Part shown: positions 18,843-27,327 of the stretch, piece after piece | Numbering within the stretch: the stretch's first letter is position 1 | How the letters are laid out: each line of letters opens with the position of its first letter | DNA from: Alphaproteobacteria bacterium | Lineage (GTDB): Bacteria > Pseudomonadota > Alphaproteobacteria > JBMOFM01 | DNA: 64,000 bases | NCBI GenBank assembly: GCA_049318825.1 | Contig: JBMOFM010000001.1 | Location: forward strand, 228 to 64,227 | Direction: 5' to 3' | Made by a program: the position numbers and the translations under genes | Notes under the pieces: generated by a model | Databases searched by the model: none | Told to the model about the DNA's origin: nothing | What the model saw: only the letters and a program-made list of their open reading frames with translations

Positions 18843-19595
18843 ATGAGCCGCTGGTTATTACGCGTAGAATATGATGGTAGTGCCTTTTGTGGTTGGCAGC
18901 GGCAGCAATCTGGCCTTGCGGTGCAAACGGTGCTGGCAGCTGCCGTAAAAGCAGTGGATTATGTGGATACTACACGCGAATGTTCTATGCCAGAATCAGC
19001 TGGGCGTACTGATTCTGGGGTGCATGCCATAGCGATGCCTGTGCATATTGATATGCAGCGGCCAATGGAAGATTTCAGGTTAGTGGCGGCTCTTAATGCA
19101 CATTTGCGCCCCCATAAAGTGGCGGTGTTGGCAGCAGAGGCGGTGGCGGATGATTTTCATGCCCGTTTTTCTTGTAAAGGCAGGCATTACCGTTATGTTA
19201 TCTTGAATAGGATGGCGCCTGCTATATTGGCTAGAGAGCGAGTATGGCATGTACATCGCCCGCTTGATATAAGGCAGATGCAAGAAGCGGCAAATTACTT
19301 GCTGGGGCAGCATGATTTTTCTAGTTTTCGCGCGGCGGGTTGTCAGGCGGCTTCACCGTTAAAAAATCTTGATCGGCTGCATATTAGCCAGCAGGGTGAC
19401 GAAATATGGATTGACGCTTCGGCGCGGTCATTTTTATATCATCAGGTGCGCAATATGGTAGGCACATTAGCTGAATTTGGTGTGGGTAAATGGCAAGCTG
19501 AATATATGCAGGAAATATTGGCCATGAAAAATCGGCACATAGCAGGCGCTACTGCGCCTGCTTGTGGGTTATATTTTGCAGGAGCTGATTATTAA
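18843..19595 (+). CDS. truA: tRNA pseudouridine(38-40) synthase
   Basis: GRTDSGVHA catalytic Asp block and FLYHQVRNMVG block. Confidence 0.92.
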   Translation: MSRWLLRVEYDGSAFCGWQRQQSGLAVQTVLAAAVKAVDYVDTTRECSMPESAGRTDSGVHAIAMPVHIDMQRPMEDFRLVAALNAHLRPHKVAVLAAEAVADDFHARFSCKGRHYRYVILNRMAPAILARERVWHVHRPLDIRQMQEAANYLLGQHDFSSFRAAGCQAASPLKNLDRLHISQQGDEIWIDASARSFLYHQVRNMVGTLAEFGVGKWQAEYMQEILAMKNRHIAGATAPACGLYFAGADY

Positions 19596-19615
19596 TTAAA
19601 TCTGACCATGGGGGG

Positions 19616-20527
19616 TTATTCAATAGCCGTGGGGGGCATATTTACCTCAACAGCAATGGTTTTGACAATGCTGAGATTATCCAGCTCGGTTGCTTCTTCA
19701 TTAAAGCGAATGCACAGGGCACAGGCGGCGTCCATAATCATTAATGATTTATCAGGATTAGAGCGGTGGCGCATATAAACATCGGTAAGGTGAACGATTT
19801 TTTCTACCGCTTCATCTGAAATTTTTATTTCAAAATGCCGCTCATAGCCACCGCGTAGGCCCTTGAGGATATTGACTGTTTCTAATAGGTCTGGCTCGCG
19901 TAGGAAAATTTTCTGAAAACGGCGATCGACTGCCTGATCAATTTTAAGGAATTGATTATATTCAAGCTCGGTGGTAGCTCCAATAACCCGTAAACTGCCT
20001 TCGGTAAGATAGGGTTTCATGACATCAATAATACCAGATGCACTGCTGGCTGAGCTGGCGCGGGAGGTTGTGTGCAATTCATCCATGCAGAGAATGATTT
20101 TCGGGCGACCCTTAATGGCATTACGTTCTGCGGTGCCTTTGATGAGTGGGATGATGCGGCCTTCAAATTCTGATCTGGAATGGGTACCTGCTGCCATGGC
20201 GGCAAAATCAATTTCTACGGCTCTGGCATCGCGTAGGAGTTTAGGCATAGGCTCGTATACCAAAGCGCGGGCAAATCCAAGGAAAACTGCGGTTTTACCG
20301 ACACCGGCGCGCCCTAATAATACCACGTTGGAGCGCCCCCGTTGCAATAACACGGTGATAATTGTATCGATTTCAGCATCGCGGCCAATCACAGGGTCTG
20401 TTTTGCCTAGGCGCACTTTGTAGGTTAGATCGTTACAAAAGCCGAAGATGATGTCATCCATCTGCTGGTCTGATACCTTAAAACGGGATTCAGCTTCTTG
20501 AGCCTCGGTTTTTTGTGTCTCGCTCAC
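19616..20527 (-). CDS. Stand-alone AAA+ ATPase colinear with ClpA/ClpB nucleotide-binding domain 1 only
   Basis: VIGRDAEIDTIITVLLQRGRSNVVLLGRAGVGKTA (Walker A), ILCMDELH (Walker B), DRRFQKIFLREP. It ends at the D1 small-domain boundary. There is no N-domain, M-domain or D2. GTG start. Confidence 0.8.
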   Translation of the reverse strand: MSETQKTEAQEAESRFKVSDQQMDDIIFGFCNDLTYKVRLGKTDPVIGRDAEIDTIITVLLQRGRSNVVLLGRAGVGKTAVFLGFARALVYEPMPKLLRDARAVEIDFAAMAAGTHSRSEFEGRIIPLIKGTAERNAIKGRPKIILCMDELHTTSRASSASSASGIIDVMKPYLTEGSLRVIGATTELEYNQFLKIDQAVDRRFQKIFLREPDLLETVNILKGLRGGYERHFEIKISDEAVEKIVHLTDVYMRHRSNPDKSLMIMDAACALCIRFNEEATELDNLSIVKTIAVEVNMPPTAIE

Positions 20528-20609
20528 CAGAGTAGATCTTTCATGGCTGGAATATAATGTTTATAGCTTAGGGAAATCTGTTTAATATCCATTTGATATA
20601 TTGACTGAT

Positions 20610-21128
20610 TTATTTAAGGGAACCCACCAGTTTTTGGACAATCAGTTCACAACCTGTGGCCAATTTTTGGGCATCTTTATTATCCTCGCCGGTCATTTTT
20701 CCTTTTAAGATGCTGGAAAGGGCTGAGATATGAACATGAAGCAGTTCAAAATATTTGGGGTAAGAAAAATCCCTTTTTTCTAGCGCCATATGTAAAAAGG
20801 CTGCAATGCGGGTGATATAAGGATAATCAAAAGTGCCGCCTTGGCCGCGCAGATCATGCGTGAGGCGTATTAAGTTGGTAAAGTTTTTTTCTCTATCTTC
20901 ATCATTAATCTGAATTTTTTGCCATAGGCTAAACATTTCTTCTATGGATTCAGATGCCGCTTGATAAAACATATCTGCGTGGGATTTAACAATATTTGAG
21001 GCGCGTTCAACGGCTTGGTGGCGGGTAAATCCCGAACCATTTTCAGAGTGGGTGCGTTTTTTTAGAGAATAATTGGGAGGAATAATTTCCACCTGATTAT
21101 GCTCTTTTTTATCGTCAGCCGATGACAT
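20610..21128 (-). CDS. Hpt (histidine phosphotransfer) domain protein
   Basis: THDLRGQGGTFDYP fits the HxLKGxxxxxG Hpt signature. 172 aa. AGAGG Shine-Dalgarno. Confidence 0.75.
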   Translation of the reverse strand: MSSADDKKEHNQVEIIPPNYSLKKRTHSENGSGFTRHQAVERASNIVKSHADMFYQAASESIEEMFSLWQKIQINDEDREKNFTNLIRLTHDLRGQGGTFDYPYITRIAAFLHMALEKRDFSYPKYFELLHVHISALSSILKGKMTGEDNKDAQKLATGCELIVQKLVGSLK

Positions 21129-21188
21129 TGTTGCCTCTAATTTCCCCTGATTAGATGTAGGAATTGATTATTATAATCATAATAAAGT

Positions 21189-21710
21189 TTATTTTTCTAT
21201 ATCTTGGTTATTTTTTCTTCGTTCGGGGCCAAAGTGAGGCTCTGTACGGCGTCTGCGGCAAGGGCCTATATAGTTTGCCGATTTTATAAAGGGTCTTGGT
21301 TCTTCAATAACTGAGATCAGCCGCCCTAACATGGTATTGGCAGAGAAGGGCTTGGCCAGTAATTCACTAACGCCAGCATCGCGTGCCGCTCGTACTCTCC
21401 GTCTTTCGGTGTAGGGAGTCATCATGATGATGGGTATTTGTTGGTATAATGCATAATGCCGAATCTCTTTGGTGAGTTGGTAGCCATCCATCGGTGTCAT
21501 GGCCCAATCGGTGATAACAATATCGAGCTTACCATTTTTTTCAGCCATTACTTGTAGAGCGGCAGAACCATCCCCCGCCTCATAGACGCGATCGATACCA
21601 AAAGCCCGCAACATATCGCGCACCAGCCAACGCATATGCAAATTATCTTCTACCACCAGCACGGAAAGAGAAGAAAAATTATAACTTGTTGGTAGAATTT
21701 TCTTATTCAA
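21189..21710 (-). CDS. Single-domain CheY-like response regulator with Arg-rich C-terminal tail
   Basis: VLVVEDN, VITDWAMTPMDG (phospho-acceptor Asp) and LAKPF. Tail FIKSANYIGPCRRRRTEPHFGPERRKN. TTG start. Confidence 0.85.
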   Translation of the reverse strand: MNKKILPTSYNFSSLSVLVVEDNLHMRWLVRDMLRAFGIDRVYEAGDGSAALQVMAEKNGKLDIVITDWAMTPMDGYQLTKEIRHYALYQQIPIIMMTPYTERRRVRAARDAGVSELLAKPFSANTMLGRLISVIEEPRPFIKSANYIGPCRRRRTEPHFGPERRKNNQDIEK

Positions 21711-21786
21711 TGCCTAGGAGTCCCCTTATTTTCAGGCTTTTTATTATCAACCATAACATGAACACTTATTGTGAGGCTGTTTTTCA

Positions 21787-22170
21787 TTACTTTAAGGCGC
21801 AAGGTGCTTGATTGTTACTGGCTTGATATTGGTAGAGGCTTTCCCCTGATACGGTGGGTTGGAAATAAGGTTCTACCCTTTCCCAGCCGCGCATTTTCAT
21901 ACAATCGCCAAAGCTGCGTGGGTTGGCCACTAAGGGAGGAAGGCCAGCTTCACGGAAGCGGTTGTTTTGTTCTTTAGTGGTGAGAATTTGGCGGTAATTA
22001 TCGGTTTCGCAGGCACATTGAGCCACATCGCGCACCAGCATCGATTCAGTTTGGGCACCGGTGAGATAAGCAACGGTTGGGGCAGAAACACGGCGCCAAT
22101 GTTCTTTGCCTGCTGAGCAGCCGCTTAATAGTGCAGCAGTTACTAAAACCAAACCTAACCGTTTTATCAT
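21787..22170 (-). CDS. Hypothetical lipoprotein
   Basis: Lipobox LLSGC after MIKRLGLVLVTAA. 127 aa from the ATG at 22170. Confidence 0.6.
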   Translation of the reverse strand: MIKRLGLVLVTAALLSGCSAGKEHWRRVSAPTVAYLTGAQTESMLVRDVAQCACETDNYRQILTTKEQNNRFREAGLPPLVANPRSFGDCMKMRGWERVEPYFQPTVSGESLYQYQASNNQAPCALK

Positions 22171-22270
22171 GTTTTTTATCCACATTAGGAGCTTGAAAAG
22201 CAAATTATATAGTAGAAATATATTAAACCATTACAAAAAGCAAAGCAGTATTTACGGATAGCTTTTGTTT

Positions 22271-23566
22271 TTATGGTGTGTTTGTTGCTCTGTTGGGATA
22301 GATGGGGGTAAAGGGCAGTTGGGCGCCTAGTTTTTCAGCCACGTTAAGGCCTGAGGTGAGGCCATCTTCATGGAAACCGTAGGCTGTCCATGCGCCGCAA
22401 AACCAGCTGCGGTTTTTTCCTTGAATGGTGGGGAGTTGGTTTTGGGCATTAATGGCGTTTTGGGTGAGTTGTGGGTGCGCGTAATTATATTCTTCAATGA
22501 TGAGTTTGGGGTTGATGGGTTGGCGTGGATCCAAGGTTACAAAATAATTGGGTTTATTTTTTAAGTGGGGTTGTAGGCGGTTCATCCAGTAGGTGATTTG
22601 ATAGTGTGTTTGATGTTGATTGATGATGGAATCGGATACATTCCAACTGGCCCAAATGCGCCGGTTTTTAGGCATGAGGCTGGAATCTTGGTGTAAGATG
22701 ACTTTGTTGGTACGGTGGTGAATGGCCTGCAGGATTTGTTGTTCGGCAGGGGTGCATTCGGTTAGTAGTTTTAAGGTTTGGTTGGGGTGAGTTGCAAAAA
22801 TTACTTGGTCATAATTATGTTGTTCGCCATCGAGATTATGGATGGTGATGTGGGAAGGGGTACGGCTAATGTGGGTGGCTTTTTTTTGAAGGGTAAGTTG
22901 GGGCATGGTTGCTAATAGCGTATTTACATAAGAGCGGCTGCCTTCATGGATTGTAAACCAAGGGAATTGGCGGTTAGGTGGGTTTAAGAGACCATGTTGT
23001 TTGAAAAATTGTAAGAAAGTAAAGGCTGGGAAATCATTCACGCCGTTCATATCCGCCGACCAGATGGCAGCAGCCAATGGTTGGAGGTGGCGTTGGGCAA
23101 ATACGCCTGCTAAGTGGTGTTGTTCTAACCATTCTTTTAAGGATAAATGTTGGATTTTTTCAGATTTTAGGGCTTTATTTGCCAGATGGTAAAAACGTGG
23201 AATATCGAGGAGCATTTTCCAGTGGAGGGGATCGATAAGGCGGGCGACGGAAGGAAAAAGGCTGCGCAGGCTATCGCTTGCATATTCTATTTTTTGCTGT
23301 TGCAGGCTAACCGCTAGCGACATATCGCTTTTACTGATGCTCACCCCTAGATGTTGCATTAATTGTAGAAAATTGGGGTAGGTGTGTTGATTGAAAACAA
23401 TGAAGCCGGTATCTACTGCATCCCCTTGTGGGGTTGTCACGGTATGGGCATGACCGCCTAGCCAATTTTCTTGCTCGTACAGGGTGATATGATGGTGCGG
23501 ATAAAGAGCAAAGGCCGCGCCAAGGCCACTAATGCCGGCGCCAATGATAGCGATATTCTGTTTCAT
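22271..23566 (-). CDS. NAD(P)/FAD-dependent oxidoreductase (amine-oxidase-like, COG2907 type)
   Basis: N-terminal dinucleotide fold IAIIGAGISGLGAA. 4-nt overlap with the photolyase gene. Confidence 0.8.
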   Translation of the reverse strand: MKQNIAIIGAGISGLGAAFALYPHHHITLYEQENWLGGHAHTVTTPQGDAVDTGFIVFNQHTYPNFLQLMQHLGVSISKSDMSLAVSLQQQKIEYASDSLRSLFPSVARLIDPLHWKMLLDIPRFYHLANKALKSEKIQHLSLKEWLEQHHLAGVFAQRHLQPLAAAIWSADMNGVNDFPAFTFLQFFKQHGLLNPPNRQFPWFTIHEGSRSYVNTLLATMPQLTLQKKATHISRTPSHITIHNLDGEQHNYDQVIFATHPNQTLKLLTECTPAEQQILQAIHHRTNKVILHQDSSLMPKNRRIWASWNVSDSIINQHQTHYQITYWMNRLQPHLKNKPNYFVTLDPRQPINPKLIIEEYNYAHPQLTQNAINAQNQLPTIQGKNRSWFCGAWTAYGFHEDGLTSGLNVAEKLGAQLPFTPIYPNRATNTP

Positions 23567-25005
23567 GCTGTTCTTTTCTTGATGTTATCGTAAGCCTGTA
23601 ATGCTTGATCTCGCGATTTTTTTAGGTCAACCAACGGATTGGGGTAGGTGATGCCTAATCTAATGCCTGCATTATGCAAGATAAGCGGTGGAGCGGTGTG
23701 GGGTTCATGGATGTAGTTGTTGGGTAGTTTTGCCAGCTCTGGCACATATTGGCGGATGTAGTTACCTTCGGGGTCAAATTTTTGAGATTGGAGAATAGGG
23801 TTAAAAACGCGGAAATAAGGCGCGGCATCGGCACCGCAGCCAGCCACCCATTGCCAGCCTGCACTATTATTGGCAGGGTCGGCATCTACCAACGTATCCC
23901 AAAACCATTGTTCGCCTTCTTGCCATGGGATAAGAAGATTTTTGATAAGAAAAGAAGCCACCACCATGCGCACGCGATTATGCATCCATCCTGTGTGCCA
24001 GAGTTGGCGCATGCCAGCATCTATGAGGGGGATGCCCGTTTTTCCCTGTTGCCAAGCTGTGAGTTGTTGAGGGTTAGGAGCCCAAGGCATGGCATTAAAT
24101 TTTTCATCCAGCGGGTTGGTGGCCATATTGGGGTATTGAAACAGTAAATGGTAACAAAATTCGCGCCAGCCGAGCTCCCGCAGGAAAGAATCGGCATCGG
24201 TTTTACGTTGGGGATAAAGGGGGTGGTTTTGGGTGGCATGCCAGATTTGGCGCGGTGAAATTTCACCAAAGCGCAAATGGGGAGAAAGGCCAGAAACATG
24301 TTGGAGATCTGGGCGGTTACGGCCTTCGTGATAGTTGTTGATGTGATGATCGAGAAAATGATGGAGCCGTTGAAGGGCTTGTTGTTCTCCTGCGTGCCAA
24401 GTGGCGCGGAGGCCAGCTGCCCAATCTGGTTTTTGTGGTAATAATTGCCATGAGGTAAGAGATTTGGTGTTGATGTTATGGGGGCATGGGGGGAGTGGAG
24501 AGGTGGGCAGTGGCAACGGTAAGGCTGGGGCTGGCATGGAGAGGTATTTTTTCCAAAACGGCGTAAATACCTTGAAGTGGCTGCCTTGTTGGTTGGTTAT
24601 TTCCCATGGCTCATAGAGAAGGTGGCTATTAAAGCTTTGTGCGTTGATGCCTTGTTGTTTAAGGATAATTTTGAGGGTGCGGTCACGCTCTATAGCGGCT
24701 AATTCATAGGAGCGATTCCAGAATATATGGCTGATGTTATATTGTTCACAAAGCTGTTGGATGAAGGCTTGTGCGGGTTGGTGGCTGAGAATGAGGGGGA
24801 TGTTGAGTGTTGACAGGCTTTGTTTGAGACAGGTAAGGCTGTGATGTAACCACCAACGGCTGGCCGCGCCGTGTGGACGTTCTTGTGTGCCTTGCGGTAG
24901 AAGGTAAAGGGCAATGCATGGTTGGCCTAAGGTAATAGCCTGATGCAGAGCGGGATTATCGGCAAGGCGCAAATCGTGGCGGAACCAGAGAAGGGTGGTG
25001 GGCAT
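23563..25005 (-). CDS. phrB: Deoxyribodipyrimidine (CPD) photolyase, class I
   Basis: LLWFRHDLRLADNPAL N-terminus. FAD-binding C-terminal blocks WREF, GWMHNRVRM and DADPANNSAGWQW. Start set at the ATG at 25005. Confidence 0.9.
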   Translation of the reverse strand: MPTTLLWFRHDLRLADNPALHQAITLGQPCIALYLLPQGTQERPHGAASRWWLHHSLTCLKQSLSTLNIPLILSHQPAQAFIQQLCEQYNISHIFWNRSYELAAIERDRTLKIILKQQGINAQSFNSHLLYEPWEITNQQGSHFKVFTPFWKKYLSMPAPALPLPLPTSPLPPCPHNINTKSLTSWQLLPQKPDWAAGLRATWHAGEQQALQRLHHFLDHHINNYHEGRNRPDLQHVSGLSPHLRFGEISPRQIWHATQNHPLYPQRKTDADSFLRELGWREFCYHLLFQYPNMATNPLDEKFNAMPWAPNPQQLTAWQQGKTGIPLIDAGMRQLWHTGWMHNRVRMVVASFLIKNLLIPWQEGEQWFWDTLVDADPANNSAGWQWVAGCGADAAPYFRVFNPILQSQKFDPEGNYIRQYVPELAKLPNNYIHEPHTAPPLILHNAGIRLGITYPNPLVDLKKSRDQALQAYDNIKKRTA

Positions 25006-25172
25006 GGATGTTTTATATGATGCGAGTGAGGAATAATATTGGGGGCTAATTTTTTTGCTATGATGCTGAATTAGAATAGAAATTGTAATAGTCAATATGG
25101 TGTTGTTGAAATAAAATATGTAGTTTATGGGTTGCTTGGAATAGTTTTTAGGTGTTTAGAAAATTTTTCTGC

Positions 25173-25180
25173 GGGGGGGG
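25173..25180. repeat. G8 homopolymer in a divergent promoter region
   Basis: gcGGGGGGGGc, 4 nt upstream of the putative -35 hexamer at 25184. Confidence 0.9.
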
Positions 25181-25183
25181 CTA

Positions 25184-25212
25184 TTGAAAAATTGTTGAGT
25201 GATGCATAGATA
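25184..25212 (+). promoter_or_regulatory. Sigma70-like promoter (TTGAAA-17 nt-TAGATA)
   Basis: TTGAAA at 25184-25189, a 17-nt spacer and TAGATA at 25207-25212. Confidence 0.4.
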
Positions 25213-25218
25213 AGTTTT

Positions 25219-25305
25219 TAAGTGCGGAACCGGGCCCCTCTGGCAGGCAGCTTAACGTTGTTTGTGATGTCGGACCGCATCGGGTACCCCCGATGCATGG
25301 TTTTT
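25219..25305 (+). ncRNA. Candidate small RNA or terminator-type 5' leader upstream of a DUF465 gene
   Basis: The predicted TSS is followed by GC-rich pairing segments. An intrinsic terminator, GCATCGGG-TACC-CCCGATGC (25277-25296) plus ATGGTTTTT, lies 44 nt before the ATG at 25349. There is no upstream + strand gene for it to terminate. Confidence 0.35.
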
Positions 25306-25348
25306 CATTGGGTGTACCTCCATCAAAATTAATGAGGAGGATTTATGC

Positions 25349-25534
25349 ATGACTAAAAAAATTTCAGCAGCAGTAATGCGGTCGCTTTCTGAGCGTTATG
25401 CCCGTATTCAGCAACAAATTCATGATGAATTGAATAAGCCTTACAGCAATTGGCTGAGAGTTACTTATTTGAAAAGGTTGCGCTTGCGGGTGAAGGAGCG
25501 GATGTACCGTTTATCGATGCAGGTTAAGGCATAA
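25349..25534 (+). CDS. DUF465 (YdcH-like) small protein
   Basis: 61 aa. LSERYARIQQQIHDEL...LKRLRLRVKERM fits the DUF465 pattern. Confidence 0.65.
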   Translation: MTKKISAAVMRSLSERYARIQQQIHDELNKPYSNWLRVTYLKRLRLRVKERMYRLSMQVKA

Positions 25535-25564
25535 AAATTCTGTAAAATAAAGGGATATGAGCTG

Positions 25565-25600
25565 GACCATGGCAAAAACTGCCATGGTCTATGGTTTTTT
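25565..25600 (+). terminator. Rho-independent terminator after the DUF465 gene
   Basis: GACCATGGC-7 nt-GCCATGGTC followed by TATGGTTTTTT. Confidence 0.7.
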
Positions 25601-25624
25601 ATTATATAAAGTAATGGGTGAATT

Positions 25625-25951
25625 ATGGTTGTTGTATCGTGTCCTGCCTGCAATGGTATGATGAAAGAAGTGATGAAAAATGGCGTGCATGTGGATGTTT
25701 GTACCCAGTGCCGTGGTGTATGGTTGGATAGAGGTGAACTTGATAAGTTGATGGCTTCTGTACAGCGTTGTGCTGAAGATTTTTATCAGCAGCCTGTTAA
25801 TGCTGAATATGTGCCCCCCAGATCTTCTGTGGAACGCGGGGATAATAGGGGGTATTATAGGGAGGATCATGTGAAAGAATATTCTTACCATAAACACCCT
25901 AAACACCGTAAAAAAAGTGCTTTGGAATCGGTTTTTGATATTTTTGATTGA
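25625..25951 (+). CDS. TFIIB-type zinc-ribbon protein
   Basis: CPACNGMM...VDVCTQCRGVWLDRGELDKL is typical of the zf-TFIIB family. Confidence 0.7.
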   Translation: MVVVSCPACNGMMKEVMKNGVHVDVCTQCRGVWLDRGELDKLMASVQRCAEDFYQQPVNAEYVPPRSSVERGDNRGYYREDHVKEYSYHKHPKHRKKSALESVFDIFD

Positions 25952-25954
25952 GGG

Positions 25955-26761
25955 TTACGGCGTAAATACGCTGACAGAACGGCAGCCCATCTTGACAAGG
26001 GCAGGTGTGTAGAGGTTTAGTTTTTTACCCTCGGTGAACATAAAGTCGAAAGGATGGGCTGGTGCAGCGGCTTGATTGAAGGTGAGGTTTAAGACCTCAC
26101 CTAAACGCCTTGCGATGGCACTGCCTGAATCGAGGAGCGTAACCCCCGCTGGGTAGTTTTTGCCTTGTAGGGCAATGGCTAGCTCTGTGGATAAAAGTGG
26201 AAAGTGAGTGCAGCCTAGAACAATAACATCGGTAGCGGGCATGCCTTCTGGGAAGAAGCTGGTGAGTAAGGGCTGCAGTGATGCCGGGTTAATGGAGTGC
26301 CCTTGCAGTTTGGCTTCAGCGAGATCAACCAATTCACTACAGCCAACACGGATGACATGACAATGCGGTGCATGTTCGGCAATGAGATTATCCATATAAG
26401 GGCGGTTGACGGTGGCTTTAGTAGCCAGAAGCCCAATTGTTTTGGTGATGCTGATGGCAGCGGCTGGTTTTATGGCTGGTACAACACCAATAACCGGAAT
26501 GGAAAGGTTAGCCCTTAAAGCTGGCAGTACGACGGTGCTGGCGGTGTTGCAGGCAATAATGAGGGCTGATGGGTTAAGGTTGGCAACGAGCTTTTTACTG
26601 AGGAATACCAGCCGTTCAATAAGATCTTCTGAATTTTTGGTGCCGTAGGGGTAGAAAGCATCATCCGCAAGGACGGTGGCTTCTAAAGCTGGGAATTGCT
26701 GTAGAACGGCTTGAAGAATGCTGAGAGCACCAACCCCTGAATCTAAGAAAGCGACGCGCAT
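25955..26761 (-). CDS. murI: Glutamate racemase
   Basis: FLDSGVGALS, IIACNTAST and LGCTHFPLL blocks. Confidence 0.92.
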   Translation of the reverse strand: MRVAFLDSGVGALSILQAVLQQFPALEATVLADDAFYPYGTKNSEDLIERLVFLSKKLVANLNPSALIIACNTASTVVLPALRANLSIPVIGVVPAIKPAAAISITKTIGLLATKATVNRPYMDNLIAEHAPHCHVIRVGCSELVDLAEAKLQGHSINPASLQPLLTSFFPEGMPATDVIVLGCTHFPLLSTELAIALQGKNYPAGVTLLDSGSAIARRLGEVLNLTFNQAAAPAHPFDFMFTEGKKLNLYTPALVKMGCRSVSVFTP

Positions 26762-26905
26762 GATAGGTGAGACGGAAGTTTATGACAGAAGCATTATACC
26801 CTCACACTAAGCTTAGAATCAACGCTACACACGGACGCTTCGCTTACCTGCAGGCGTTCTGTTTCCAAGCTCAGCATCAGGGTATCGAATTCAGGAGAAC
26901 TAAGC

Positions 26906-27226
26906 TTGATAAAGAACATTAGAAGGAAGATAATAGGAGTAGCCGTTATACTAATAGCTTCCCTAGCCGTAACCGTGGCGACTGGCATAAAACCCGCCGC
27001 TGCTTCTGGAAGCATCACAAGCCCAGCCGACCTACACTGCAACGTTTCTACTGAAGCTACGTTTTTGGAAGGAAACATGGTACATGTCAACGACACCCAG
27101 ATGAAATACTGGGATAACGGTAACGGCACTATAACCATAGCTTTCGAGAACGGCGAGCAAGCCGTATTCACATGGAAGCAGAACAAGAAGACCAAGAAAA
27201 CTACCATTGCTAGGAGCTGCCTATAA
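26906..27226 (+). CDS. Small secreted hypothetical protein with atypical codon usage
   Basis: TTG start with an AGGAGA Shine-Dalgarno 7 nt upstream. Signal peptide IIGVAVILIASLAVTVATG. Ile is mostly ATA and all Asn are AAC, unlike neighbouring genes. Confidence 0.5.
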   Translation: MIKNIRRKIIGVAVILIASLAVTVATGIKPAAASGSITSPADLHCNVSTEATFLEGNMVHVNDTQMKYWDNGNGTITIAFENGEQAVFTWKQNKKTKKTTIARSCL

Positions 27227-27232
27227 GTCAAA

Positions 27233-27250
27233 AAGGGGCGAAAGCCCCTT
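27233..27250 (-). terminator. GNRA-loop hairpin terminator downstream of the pseudouridine synthase gene
   Basis: AAGGGGC-GAAA-GCCCCTT. On the minus strand it is followed by TTTT. Confidence 0.6.
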
Positions 27251-27327
27251 GAACGGAGTTAAGAGCTTTCTAATAAGCAAAGTGAATACCGCGTCGGCTG
27301 GAGTACTATTCAAGCACCACGCATTTT

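Noticed and set aside
26809-26907. Cluster of restriction-type palindromes (AAGCTT twice, CCTGCAGG, GAATTC) within 100 bp
   Set aside because: This could hint at engineered DNA. Four short palindromes can occur by chance, and nothing else here resembles vector sequence.
26794-27231. 145-aa minus-strand ORF overlapping the small secreted + strand ORF
   Set aside because: The + strand ORF has a Shine-Dalgarno, a signal peptide and a plausible globular part. The minus-strand product looks like hydrophobic noise. Only one of the two can reasonably be real.
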